NCBI GenBank assembly: GCA_951406725.2
Contig: OX597837.1
Span: 21,266,001-21,330,000 of the forward strand
Direction: 5' to 3'
DNA: 64,000 bases
Source: Octopus vulgaris
Lineage: Eukaryota
Shown here: piece by piece, positions 14,067-26,555 of the stretch
Numbering within the stretch: position 1 is the stretch's first letter
Layout of the letters: each line of letters opens with the position of its first letter
Program-made: the position numbers and the translations under genes
Notes under the pieces: model-generated
Databases searched by the model: none
What the model saw: only the letters and a program-made list of their open reading frames with translations
Told to the model about the DNA's origin: nothing

Positions 14067-15008
14067 ATATATAGCTTTGGTAGAACAAATAGGAGAGACA
14101 GTTTTAATCACCAGAAAGTTACAAAATTATACATACATATGCGTGTGTATATATTTATATATGTGTGTATATACATGTATGTGTGTGTGTAGAGATGAAA
14201 TGATAGATATGTGTGTGTCAGTGAAGAATCCTGTAAATTCTGCCTATCATCATCATCATCATCGTCGTAACCATTCTCCATCCAAAATGTCGGCCTCAGT
14301 TTGTTTGTCTGTCTGAGAATCCTGGTATATCTTATGTTTCTCTTGTACTACTACTATTTTAGACACCACACAGATCGTACAAGAGAGAGAGGAGTCATTA
14401 TGGCGGGCTAGCTCAGAAAACGAATGGAAATAAGCTTTGTGAGGCGAATGGCAGAAGAAGCATGTTGGTTCGGTTCGCTACTTGTGTCTAAAGTTGGTTG
14501 TCGACGGCCAGCCATTGTGTGTGTGTCTGTGTGTGTAGTTTTGTCTGGTTCCATCACTATCTGTGGGTGGGGTCACGATTATTAATGTACGTACACACAC
14601 CATCGCCACCACTATCATCATCATCGTCCTCACCTATTTTCACATTTTATTATTTTTCTTTATTCTTCACCAGTTATTATTTTGAATAGAAACTGTCATC
14701 TCACTCACAAGAACAAGATCCACATGCTTGCAAATAAAAAACAAACAAAAACATGGAAAATTTCTTTTTTCTCTCTCTTTTCTTCCCCTGTCCGCCTTTC
14801 CTCTTCATCACAAGCACACGCATACATTAAGTGGGTATATAACACACACACACACGTGTGTGGGTATATATGACTGTAAGTCTGAGTCTGTCTGTGTAAG
14901 CACACACATAGAAACTTAGAATCTACATTCCAAAGCAAATACAGAGCTCTATCCATTACTGGAAAATACAGTTCATATAAACACATTGTACATACATCTG
15001 TATGTACA

Positions 15009-15049
<41 letters not shown>

Positions 15050-15356
15050 GTGTGTGTGTGTGTGTATACACATATATACACACATACATACTTACCATCT
15101 GACACATCTTCATAAATGGTAAAGCTTACATACCTTCCTCTTGCTTTGAATCACGAATAAATGAGCCAAATTGCAGAATTTAGACAGATAAACGTTAGCT
15201 GCTCTATATGGTCTCAAATATATACACACACACACATACACACATATATACATAAACATTAGATTTTTAAAAACTTTTCGATTTTGCAAATCGACTTTTT
15301 ACTCGAAAAAGTTTGATAACAGCAATGAATTGATTCGCGCGCTCACACATTATCCA

Positions 15357-15405
<49 letters not shown>

Positions 15406-15556
15406 TGATATATATAATGTACTGATCCGTTATATATATATAACCGATCAGTATGTAATCTGTATCGAAGCCCTAAGCAGTTTCAGTACATTTAAGCCAA
15501 TTATTCAATTAGAAAGTTGAGTGTGAATATCACATCAACTTACTTTCAGCTAAATA

Positions 15557-15601
<45 letters not shown>

Positions 15602-16702
15602 TTATAATTAGTCCATTAAAAATCACAAGCATTTGTTTCTGTTGTTACTTACAAGTGAAAGCTGTTCCTCAATACCTAATTAATTATTCAGTCACATTAA
15701 GCACTAACATCGCTGATTACTGCTACCACTATTCTTTAAATTTTGTAGTTTTGCCATTTAAACTTTGATAAAATTATAAGGAAAATAACTTGGGAGACAT
15801 TGTTTCACTAAAATGTAGAACAAGTCGCCATCTCTACTAACTGCCCCCCGCCTCTATACTCTTGTTTATTTTTCCCGCAAATTTCATTAAAAATCATCTG
15901 CTTTGAAAACCCAACAACACTTGTCAAATGCTTGTGTGTTATCTTCGATTGTTATCTAATTCTTTTCACTCACATTCTCGACTCGGTTTCGATAGCTGTT
16001 TGGAATATCATCATATTTGAAATTGCTAATTATATATTTGAGAAAGGCATGAACATTACAACATCAGTATTTTCTCTCACTAAAATATCTTAGATTTCCT
16101 GTCGGTACTGGACAAATTTTCTCCACCACCCGACTTTCTGTTGGACACCGTTTGCGGAATGCAAAAGTACTCTTGGAAACGAGTTCGTGACCCGGCCTAC
16201 TTTCCATCATAAACCAGCACAGCTTCACCATCCTCTCCCCGTTCTTTTATTAATTTTATTTAATTCAATTCAGAATATATTATTACCAACTCTCATGTTG
16301 ATTGTCGTTAAAGCAGTATTTTTGTTTTTAATATTTTCCTGAATTTCGATATGATTATAATGAAGAAAGAAGGAAAGTAACATTCTTTTCTATCCCACTC
16401 ATGCTTAATTTATTATTTTTAAACTTCTGTATGACTGAAATCTGTATTTTTGATGTGATACGGGCATGTATATGTCCTTGTCTGTGAGAGCTTAAATCAG
16501 AAACACCTCTTTCTTCAATATTTCACATTTGTTGTAAAGTGACGAATATCATCACCATAACTCGCTAACATCTGTTGGAGAGATGTGTAGAATAGTAGCT
16601 ACCCTGCAGCTTCGTTTTTTGTGATAAACCATCTTCATCACCATCTGTTGGCGACGACCTAACAACGGAGCCTCAATGTAATTATTCGATCTGCAAGATA
16701 TC

Positions 16703-16900
16703 ATTATTCTTTAACGTCCGTTTTTCCATGCTGCCATGGGCTGGATGGTTTGACCAGACCTGGCAAGCTGGAGAGTTACCAGTCTCCAGTCTGATTTGGC
16801 ATGGTTCTTACAGCTGGATGCCCTTCCTAACGTCAACCACTTTACAGGGTGAACTGGGTGCTTTTAACATGGCACTGGCACAAGCGATTTTACATGGCAT
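16703..16900 (-). mobile_element. Family C retroposon, 3' part
   Basis: TTTAACGTCCGTTTTTCCATGC...CAGCTGGATGCCCTTCCTAACG. Confidence 0.75.
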
Positions 16901-17240
16901 TGGTACAAGACTCCTGTAGGCCAGTCCCCTTCACCAGGGGATGTAGCCTTAATGCCCCTAAATCTCCCTCGGATTATATCTTATATATAATATACATTGG
17001 ACAGTAAAAATCTCTAAAATACTGCTGGATGAGACGGAACTTGAGGCAAAGCAACAACATCTGTTGGATATGAATCAGTATGTAAAATACTTTAATAACT
17101 ACTTCAACCGATTCAAATTCTGCAAGCCTCCCTGCTGTCTTTAAAATAGGGGCCACTTGTTTTGAATTTTTAAATGTCAAACTACCATGTGTCTTCTGTA
17201 TAGATTAGTATGATGGAGATATTCACAGTAAACTGTTTAA

Positions 17241-17446
17241 CCCTTTCGTTACTGTAATTATTTTGAGATGCTTTATTTTTTTCTCAATTATTTTAAATAT
17301 GACAAAGAATTTAGTAAAATAACTTGGTTGTCATTAAGCTAGTGTTAGGAACATTGTGACTAAGTGTTGGTGGAAGATTTTAATTCAAACCTTATGAAAA
17401 CAAAATATTTGTACTACAGAGCCAGAGGCGGTTTCAGCCGGGTTAA
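17241..17446. mobile_element. TTAA-type MITE, family P2 (inverse orientation relative to 45304-45524)
   Basis: TTAA-CCCTTTCGTTACT start; body is the reverse complement of 45304-45524; the other end stops at GCCGGGTTAA, lacking the terminal TIR bases. Confidence 0.8.
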
Positions 17447-17584
17447 ACGATTCTCTTGTGTCGTATAAGATGTACTTTAGATGAAGTGTACCAAAATTAC
17501 TAAACGACATGTTGAATGGATGGGGGTAGTTGAATCATTTATTACCAGATAAATGACTTCTCTCACAAATATTGACTTCAGATT

Positions 17585-17787
17585 CTGGTACTGGGCCAGC
17601 AATTTTAGGGGAGGGATAAGTCAGTTACATTGATCTCAGTATTCAACGAGTACTTGTTTTATCAACCCCAAAGAGATGAAAGGCAGAGTCGACCTTTGCG
17701 AGATTTGAACTCCAAACGTGAAGACAGACAAAATGCTGCTAAACGTTTTACCTGGCATGCTAACAATTCTGCCAGCTTGCCACCTTC
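17585..17787 (-). mobile_element. Family B SINE
   Basis: Homology to 3255-3487. Confidence 0.75.
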
Positions 17788-18781
17788 ACATCTTATCACA
17801 AATATTGAGTCAAAAAGGCAGCTTCTACACAGTTATTCTACACATTATTCAACAGCATGGCCGCGGCCTTCGGGCTAAAACATTTTTAAGGATTTAAGGA
17901 TAGTAGAAATAGCTGCCAAAGCCCCTTCAAATCACACACTACTCTCTTAATAAGGAAACAAGCAAATATGGACAAATACTCTGATGAAGACAGTTTGTTT
18001 ACAACAAGCATATTCAGTTGGTTGTCCTGGTTGAAACAACAATAACAGTAACATATCAAGCCAACAGAAGAATGTTTTTACTGTTGCATAACCTGCTAAA
18101 AATATTGTCTTGCTCCTGTGTTTCAATTTTTGCACGGTTCTCGTGGTTAGATGCCCTTCTTAATGCCATCCACTTTATAGAGTGTGTTGGTTGCATTTTG
18201 TTTGTATTTCTTTTTTTTTTTGTGGCACCAGCATTAGTGAGGTTGCCTTATAACTCAGATCACATAACCTCACTAGTGCTAGTGTCACAAAAAATAGCTG
18301 ACTGATGCTCTCACCTATTTCCTATCAATGATTAAACATTCGCTATTAGTATATATATATAGGTATGTATGTATAATTCTTTTTGGGAATAGTGCATCTT
18401 GAAGCATGCACATGAAAAGCTATAAATAATGTGTAAATATTGGGTTAAAAAATCTTTTGGATAGAAAAACTCTTTTCACATACTTTCTGTCTGTCAGCTA
18501 CTCACAAGGTATCTGTCAATTTGTTGCTATATAAAGAAGGCCCTTTTCCAAGAGGCTGTGCAGTGGGATCAAATTTACAACCACATGGTCGCAAAACAAA
18601 CTTCTTAAGTTCATGGTCACGCCTGCACCTGGTACCTAGCTGTTCAGACTAGATACAAGATTATTGAGGAACATCTTCAGACATAGAAGGGATTCCTACT
18701 TTTAACTATCAAAACAATTAAGATAGCTTTCAAGTTCCTGTTTGTAAGGGCCTCTGAAATCTTCTGTGGCAAGATGGTCCC

Positions 18782-19225
18782 TACAAGCTTGTCATTACCA
18801 AGTTGGACTAAGTGCTTAGTGGCATTTCTTCCTGCTCTAATTCTGGGCTCAAATTCCACCAAAGTAGACTTTGCTTTCATCCTTACAGAATCAGTGAAAT
18901 AAGAACCAGTTGAACACTGGGTTCGATGTCATTGACTATCCACTGCCCACAAGACTTCAGGCTTTGTGCATGTAGCAGAAAGGGTCATTATCTTCCTCCT
19001 CAACAACAAGGCAGTGAGCTGGCAGAATCGTTAGCATGCTGGGCAAAGTGCTTAGCAGCATTTCATCTATCTTTACGTTCTGAGTTCAAATTCAGCTGAA
19101 GTTGACTTTGCCTTACATCCCTTTTGGGATCAATAAAAAAAGTACCAGTTGAGCACTGTGTGTCAATGTTATCAACTTATCCTCCTCCCCTGAAATTGCT
19201 GGCCTTGGGCTAAAATTTGAAAGTA
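18782..19225 (+). mobile_element. Two tandem family B SINEs
   Basis: Two GACTTTGCYTT.CATCC cores, second copy with head GGCAGTGAGCTGGCAGAATC. Confidence 0.75.
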
Positions 19226-19410
19226 TTATTATTATTGAGTGAGAGAGCAGCGCATGCCTTCAAAGTGACACTGGAGTGCAAATATATGAAGCCCATATAT
19301 CTGTCATGACTTCCCGTCTGATAACGGTACACCAGGCACATGCATCACAACAATATGTGCACAACATGGTAATTTCATATCAAGATAAACAGCATGTGAC
19401 CTAATTATTA

Positions 19411-19756
19411 TTATTACCTCCGCCTTAGTGAAGACAGAGGTATTGTTTTCAGTCACGTTTGTTTGTTTGTTTATGGACAAGATATCTCAAGAACCACTGG
19501 ATGGATTCAGATGAGACTTTCAGGGATGTTTGGCCTTGGCCTTATGATTTTGTGATCAATCCAGTACCGAACAAGGATTCTGGATTATTTTTGTTTTTTT
19601 TTTTAACTTACATTTTGAGAGCGGTTGGGTTCATTTTTAGTATTCTCATTTGTGAGTTTATTTCAGTTATTCTCATTTTAAACATCATCCCTGGCTAATC
19701 GTTGAGAAGACGTTGGTGTTGCCTTGGCAAAGGTTTGCACTCTCTTATTGCTCTTA
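19411..19756 (+). mobile_element. Helentron-associated (HINE/DINE-1-like) non-autonomous element
   Basis: 5' TTATTACCTCCGCC subterminal repeat with local palindrome (ACCTC..GAGGT), (GTTT)n microsatellite, 3' decayed inverse GGCAAAGGT followed by a short hairpin-like end, T-rich flanks. Confidence 0.6.
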
Positions 19757-19820
19757 TTATTATTATTATTAGCATGCTGTACAAAACGTGTAGCGGTATT
19801 TTATCTGTTGTTATATTCTT

Positions 19821-20035
19821 AGGCGGCGAGCTGGCAGAAACGTTAGCACGCCGTATTTCGTCTGTCGTTACGTTCCGAGTTCAAATTCCGCCGAGGTCGA
19901 CTTTACCTTTCATCCTTTCGGGGTCGATAAATTAAGTACCAGTTACGCACTGGGGTCGATGTAATCGACTTAATCCCTTTGTCTGTCCTTGTTTGTTCCC
20001 TCTGTGTTTAGCCCCTTGTGGGTAGTAAAGAAATA
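19821..20035 (+). mobile_element. Family B SINE, young CpG-retaining copy nested in an older family B copy
   Basis: GGCGGCGAGCTGGCAGAAACG head; flanked by duplicated GTTATATTCTTAG (~19810 and ~20036); host copy resumes TTCAGATTCTGCCGAGG at ~20049. Confidence 0.85.
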
Positions 20036-20210
20036 GTTATATTCTTAGTTCAGATTCTGCCGAGGTTGACTTTACTTTTCATCCTTTCGGGGTTGATAAA
20101 ATAACTGTCAGTTATGTACTGGGATTGATGTAGTCATCTTAATCCCTTCCCCCAAATTTGAGCAAAAAAGGATTATTATTATTATTAAAATATGAGTGTT
20201 ATTAAAATAT

Positions 20211-20590
20211 AGGCGTAGGAATGGCTGTGTGGTAAGTAGCTTGCTTACGAACCACATGGTTCCAGGTTCAGTCCCACTGCGTGGCACCTTGGGTAAGTGT
20301 CTTCTAGGGCCAACCAAAACCTTGTGAGTGGATTTGGTAGGTGGAAACTGAAAGAAGCCCATTGTGTATATATGTATATATATATGTGTGTGTGTGCATG
20401 TTAGTCCCCCAACATCGCTTGACAACCGATACTGGTGTGTTTTAGCGGTTCAGCAAAAAAGAGACCGATAAAATAAGTACTAGGCTTACAAAGAATAAGT
20501 CCTGGGGTCGATTTGATCAACTAAAGGCGGTGCTCCAGCATGGCCACAGTCACATGACTGAAACAAGTAAAAGAGTAAAAGAGAGTAAAG
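20211..20590 (+). mobile_element. Family A CORE-like tRNA SINE, full length
   Basis: A box TGGCTGTGTGG, B box GGTTCAGTCCC, CCTTGGGTAAGTG CORE-like segment, internal (TA/TG)n, tail (GTAAAAGA)n. Confidence 0.9.
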
Positions 20591-21439
20591 AGTTTGAGCA
20601 ATAGTTCCTGGATTAAAAATTATTTGTAAGAGTAGAGTGTAGTCATGTGAATTTATCTGTGTTGACTTTGGAAGGATGAACAAGAGAAGGTTAAGGCTGT
20701 TGGAATAAATTTTTTATTTGGTACTTTAACCATTTCAACCCTCTTAAACAATATTATCATAATCAAATATGAGTAGACTGGACGCTGAATGTATGGCTGG
20801 CAACAGGTTTTATGAGAACGACACTGTGATATAATGCTACACCCTTCTCTCTGTTTGATGACTCATTGTTTCTCCGTTGTTGGTCTAAATACTGGGGTTA
20901 GTCTGTACAAACCAATCCTTTAAATGAGCAACATGGAATATGACGTTAAAATATGCAGTTCTGAGGTAGAGAGAATAAGTTACATAAAAATCACCTACTG
21001 CTACTAACTGCTGAAAGTCGAGATAGGTGATAGCTTAGTTTTGGGGTTTGGGGAAGAGGCAGAAGTCGAATGGGTCGTGATCTTCCTCTGAAGTAAAGAG
21101 TTTCTTAAAGCCAAGGCAGGAGCCTCCTCTATGTAGTCACTTGACTTACCAGAAATAGCAGCCAAATCTTCCTAAAATCACACCCTGTTGACTCTTATTT
21201 ATAAAGAAGTGTGTTTAATTCGTATGTTCAGTCATTATCTGCTTATCGAGCCTGCTTGATAAAGGCTGAGCTGGGATTAAATAAATTCCTTTTCTCCCAA
21301 GAGGCATGTGTAAGAAGTTCAATCCTGTAAAGCAGGCTCTAGATTCAGTGATGCGGCTTATGGACATATGATTGTGAATGGACACTCTGTACAGGGTGAA
21401 TAGATGTGTCTTAAAACCAAGGTACCATGTAAAAAGCAT

Positions 21440-21655
21440 TGGTATGGGTGCTGGTGACACATAAAAAGTGCCCAGTATCCCCTGTAAAGTGGATTTGCAT
21501 TAGGAAGAGCATCCAGCTGTAGAAACCAGGATCCTGGTGTGGCCTCTGGCCTTGCCAATAAAATGGACTCATGGGCACAATTGCGCCCGTGGGCGGGGTT
21601 TCCACACCCTTGATTTAACTCCTGCAAGTATGAGGAAAATGGATGTAAAATGAAC
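21440..21655 (+). mobile_element. Family C retroposon, degenerate
   Basis: GGTGACACATAAAAAGTGCCC...GGAAGAGCATCCAGCTGTAGAAAC. Confidence 0.65.
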
Positions 21656-21660
21656 AAATC

Positions 21661-22005
21661 ATCATCATCATCGTTTAATGTCCACTTTCCATGCTGGCAT
21701 GGGTTGGATGATTTGACTGAGGACTGGCGAACCAGATGGCTGCACCAGGCTCCAATCTGACCTGGCTGTGTTTCTACAGCTGGATGCCCTTCTTAATGCC
21801 AACCACTCCAAGAGTGTAGTGGGTGCTTTTACGTGTCACCGGCACGAGGGCCAGTCAGGCAGTACTGGCAATGGCCACGCTCAAATGGTGTTTTTTACAT
21901 GCCACCTGCACAGGAGCCAGTCCAGCGGCACTGCAATGACCTCACTTGAATGTTTTTCACATGCCACTGGCACAAGTGCCAGTAAGGCAATGCTGGAATG
22001 GTGCT
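21661..22005 (-). mobile_element. Family C retroposon
   Basis: (CAT)n start, internal TTTTACRTGYCACC repeats. Confidence 0.85.
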
Positions 22006-22239
22006 TAAATAGGAGACAAAGACTGAGAACACTGTACAGCCTCATTTATCAACCATCCACCACACCCTTTGTCCCCAGTACTCCTATAAGAGTTTCAACT
22101 GCTTTGAGTGGAGGCGTATTGTATATATACTGCCTACATAAAAAAGCACTGGTTTAGATGAAGCAAAACTGAGACTGAACTATTAAATCAGTAGAATCGG
22201 AGAAAACTACTGATATTCCCTGTTAAATAAATACAGATT

Positions 22240-22535
22240 TTTATCTTCTACGTATTTCAGTCATTAGAATGGAGCACAACCATGATGGATTTTCAGTCAA
22301 ATGAATCTTCCCCAGTACTTATTTTTTTAAGCCTGGTACTTATTCTGTTGGTCTTTTCTGCCAAACCACTGAGTTATGAGGATATTACACACCAACACCA
22401 GTTGTCAAGCGGTGACGGAGGACAAACACATATATATATATATGTGTGTGCTCAAGGTGTCACACTGTGGGACTGAATCCGGACCCATGTGGTTCTGAAG
22501 CAAGCTTCTTACCACACAGCTATGTCTGTACCTGT
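22240..22535 (-). mobile_element. Family A SINE, internally deleted
   Basis: Tail and head homology to family A. Confidence 0.7.
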
Positions 22536-23003
22536 ATACAAATAGTTGAAACAATAGAATAAATATTATGCTATGAGGAAGAAGAGAGGTCAGGCTTTTG
22601 AAGTATAATCTTTTGTTAAAGAGAGATACAGAAATAACCTAATCTTATCATGTTGTTGTTTTGCAACGAAGGATTTTGCTTGTGATGTTTGATCTCTCTT
22701 CTTCACAGCCTTTCTAATTCATATTCTGCTGCTTGAATTATTTGTGAATGAAGTTTTTCTTTCATAACAAAGATCAGGTGTTATGTGGGAACATACTGTG
22801 GACTTGTGCAGTTCATGGGAGAATAAGAAAAAAAACCTGATGCTAAAGTTTCACACACACACACCTACATATATTTAAAATACAAAATTTTGATTTGTTA
22901 TGAATGAAGTGAGTTGTTTACTCAATGAGCTACACTGTGTTTGTACATATGTATATGTCTGTATGTGTGTATATATGTTTATACATACATATATATATAT
23001 TTG

Positions 23004-23417
23004 AAATCAGAATCGAAATCAATCAATGGAAATCGATCAATGGAAATTGCAGATGTGTTACCAGTGCCGGTGGCATGTAAGAGAACCTTCCGTTTCGCGA
23101 CCGTTGCCAGCACCGCCCCGTTTCGTGTCCGTTGCCAGCCTCGCCTGGCCCTCGTGCCGGTGGCACATAAAAAGCACCATCCGTTTGTGGCCGTTTGCCA
23201 GCTCTGTCTGGCACCTGTGCGGGTGGCACGTAAAAAGCACCCACTACACTCATGGAGTGGTTGGCGTTAGGAAGGGCATCCAGCCGTAGAAACACTGCCA
23301 GATTTGACTGTGGGCCTGATGAAGCCTTCTGGCTTCACAGACCCCAGTAGAACCGTCCAACCCATGCTAACATGGAAAACGGATGATAAACGATGATGAT
23401 GATGATGATGATGATGA
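23004..23417 (+). mobile_element. Family C retroposon, young near-complete copy
   Basis: CpG-rich; 3 GGTGGCAYRTAA units; (GAT)n tail. Confidence 0.9.
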
Positions 23418-23883
23418 GGATTAGATGGACAGCCGACAATTGATGAAGAGTCGTTCTTTATGTTATCCCATTTTCCATTTGTTTCTCTTCTTGTTTGCAT
23501 ACCCAAATTGTCTTCGTATTTCATGTTGTTTATGTTTTGTGATGTCCTGTTCTCATATATATGCATGTATTTATATTAAGGGCATTACTATACATAAATG
23601 CCTCACGCTACGATGGACTCTTAAAGTCAAAAACTACCATAATAAACACATTTTACCAAACATGAGGGAATGCAACTCTTGAAGCGAGCATCTTAAAAAC
23701 AGATTCGGCCGCAGATCATATGATTTCATAATTAGTGCACAAAATGCACTTTTTAATCATCAGTGCAGGCATAATCAAGACAGAAAAACAGATAAAAAAA
23801 TCTTATAAAAGACTTTTATCCTATTTTTAAAATTATATATGTATGTATATATGCATATATATATGTACATATTTTATTTACAT

Positions 23884-23919
<36 letters not shown>

Positions 23920-23924
<5 letters not shown>

Positions 23925-24292
23925 TTTTACTTGTTTCAGCCAGACTGTAGCCATGCTGGGGCACTACCTCCAAGAATTTTTAGTTGAATGAATTGGCCCC
24001 AGTGGTACTTATTCTATTTGTCCCTTTTGCCAAAATGCTAAGTTGCAAGGACTTAGTAAGACTACCAGTTGTCAAGTGGTAGTGGGGGGACAAACACTGA
24101 CACACACACACACACACACGTACAAACAGAGTTCTTTCAGTTTCTGTCTACCAAATCCATTTGCGAAGCTCTGGTTAGCCCATGTCTATAGTAGAAGACA
24201 CTTGCCCAAGGCAACACACAGTGGGACTGAACTTGCAGCCATATTGTTGTTGGGAACCTAAATTCTTACCACACAGCCATGCCTGCACCTAT
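23920..24292 (-). mobile_element. Family A SINE, full length
   Basis: Head-to-tail homology with 20211-20590. Confidence 0.85.
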
Positions 24293-24309
24293 ATAGAAGG
24301 TCTGCTATA

Positions 24310-24347
24310 TATATGTATGTATATGTATATATATGTATATGTATACA

Positions 24348-24384
<37 letters not shown>

Positions 24385-24474
24385 ATATATGTATATGTAT
24401 ATATATATTATTGTATATATGTATATGTATATATATATTATTGTATATATGTATATGTATATATATATATTGTA

Positions 24475-24505
<31 letters not shown>

Positions 24506-24701
24506 TGTATATATGTATATATATATATATTATTGTATATATGTATATATATATATTATTGTATATATGTATATATATATATTATTGTGTATATGTATAT
24601 ATATATATATTATTGTATATATGTATATATATATTATTGTGTATATGTATATATATATATTATTGTATATATGTGTATATGTATATATATATATTATTGT
24701 A

Positions 24702-24745
<44 letters not shown>

Positions 24746-24746
24746 A

Positions 24747-24801
<55 letters not shown>

Positions 24802-24836
24802 GTATATGTATAAATATATATATATATATTATTGTG

Positions 24837-24875
<39 letters not shown>

Positions 24876-25430
24876 GTATATGTATATATATATATATATT
24901 GTGTATATGTATATATATATATATTATTGTGTATATGTATATATATATATATTATTGTGTATATGTATATATATATATATTATTGTGTATATGTATATAT
25001 ATATATATTATTGTGTATATGTATATGTATATATATATTATTGTGTATATGTATATATATATATATATTATTGTGTATATATATATATATTATTGTGTAT
25101 ATGTATATATATATATATATTATTGTGTATATGTATATATATATATATTATTGTGTATATGTATATATATATATATATTATTGTGTATATGTATATATAT
25201 ATATATTATTGTGTATATGTATATATATATATATATTGTGTATATATATATATATTATTGTGTATATGTATATATATATATATTATTGTGTATATGTATA
25301 TATATATATATATATATTATTGTGTATATGTATATATATATATATTATTGTGTATATGTATATATATATATATATATATTGTGTATATGTATATTGTGTA
25401 TATGTATATATATATATATTATTGTGTATA

Positions 25431-25476
<46 letters not shown>
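24310..25476. repeat. ~1.15-kb compound minisatellite TATTATTGT(A/G)TATATG(TA)n
   Basis: Directly visible; explains the 458-aa and 414-aa I/Y/C-rich pseudo-ORFs. Confidence 0.95.
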
Positions 25477-25478
<2 letters not shown>

Positions 25479-25781
25479 GTGTATATAAGGTATATATATT
25501 ATGTGTGTGTATGTACACATATCCATTCAAACATACACATATTTGTTATTTCTGTTAATGTATGCATTTACTCATAGCTATCTTTTTCTGTGTAGTCTCT
25601 TTTGTTTATGTATGCGCACTTATATATGTATATATTCATATCTATTTTTGTGCGCGTGTGTAAATAAACTCACACCACCACCACCCATGTGTATTTATGC
25701 TCACCAAAGACACAGTAGACGCCCTTCCTCATGTATATTAATGCACAAACTGGAATCGTCCTCACAACATCTCTTCGACAA

Positions 25782-26023
25782 TCAGTGCCCTCGGCAGTGC
25801 GCATGCGTGCCAAACCAAAGGTCAACAATTGTTCTACTTTTGCAACATTCACCTTGTGTTTTATGTATTGATAACTGTTTATTTTCTTCCCGGTCAGCCA
25901 GTGTTTTTGTCTTTTTTTTTCTTTGTAAGGTCGACTAGTTAGCTAGTCTTTACTAATATCAATAGTTAAAACTCTAGGTCAGCTGCGTGCGAAATATATA
26001 TTTATATATGATATAAACTCCTG
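25782..26023 (+). promoter_or_regulatory. Candidate alternative promoter/first exon
   Basis: CpG-containing unique DNA, TCAGT at 25782, NRF1/EWG-like TGCGCATGCG at 25798-25807, possible donor CTG|GTAAAT at 26023/26024. Confidence 0.4.
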
Positions 26024-26330
26024 GTAAATTATATTTTCTTTTTAAATTTTGAAAACTTAACCCTTAGTGAGTCGTGCGTTTAAGTGTAATATCATGAATG
26101 TGTTCCGTGATTTACAATTCTAAATATTAATGAGCTTCAATGAAAGCTTCCAGAAAGTGTCTTACGATTCTCGTGGTTAAGATGTTAGCTAATAGTTATA
26201 TATATATATGTATATATACTGGATTGCACTGCTTATATTTTATATACTATATACATTTATTTAATCGGTGGAAGTTGTAAAGTGACTCAAGGGTCGAGAG
26301 TTTCGTGCGCTTGCATTTATCAAACCTCCA

Positions 26331-26555
26331 TATGTGTGTGTGTCTATATGTATAATGTAATATGTATGTGTATAGATACACACACACACACACACATATA
26401 TAGTATATGTGTGTGTGTGTCTATATGTATAATGTAATATGTATGTGTATAGATACACACACATATATAGTATATGTATGTGTGTGTCTATATGTATAAT
26501 GTAATATGTATGTGTATAGATACACACACACACACACACACATATATAGTATATA
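26331..26555. repeat. Tandem repeat, 3 copies of ~70-75-bp unit
   Basis: GTCTATATGTATAATGTAATATGTATGTGTATAGATA(CA)n repeated three times. Confidence 0.9.

Noticed and set aside
24182-25577. 458-aa and 414-aa ORFs
   Set aside because: Entirely translations of the TA-rich minisatellite (I/Y/C/V/M only); open only because the repeat lacks stop codons
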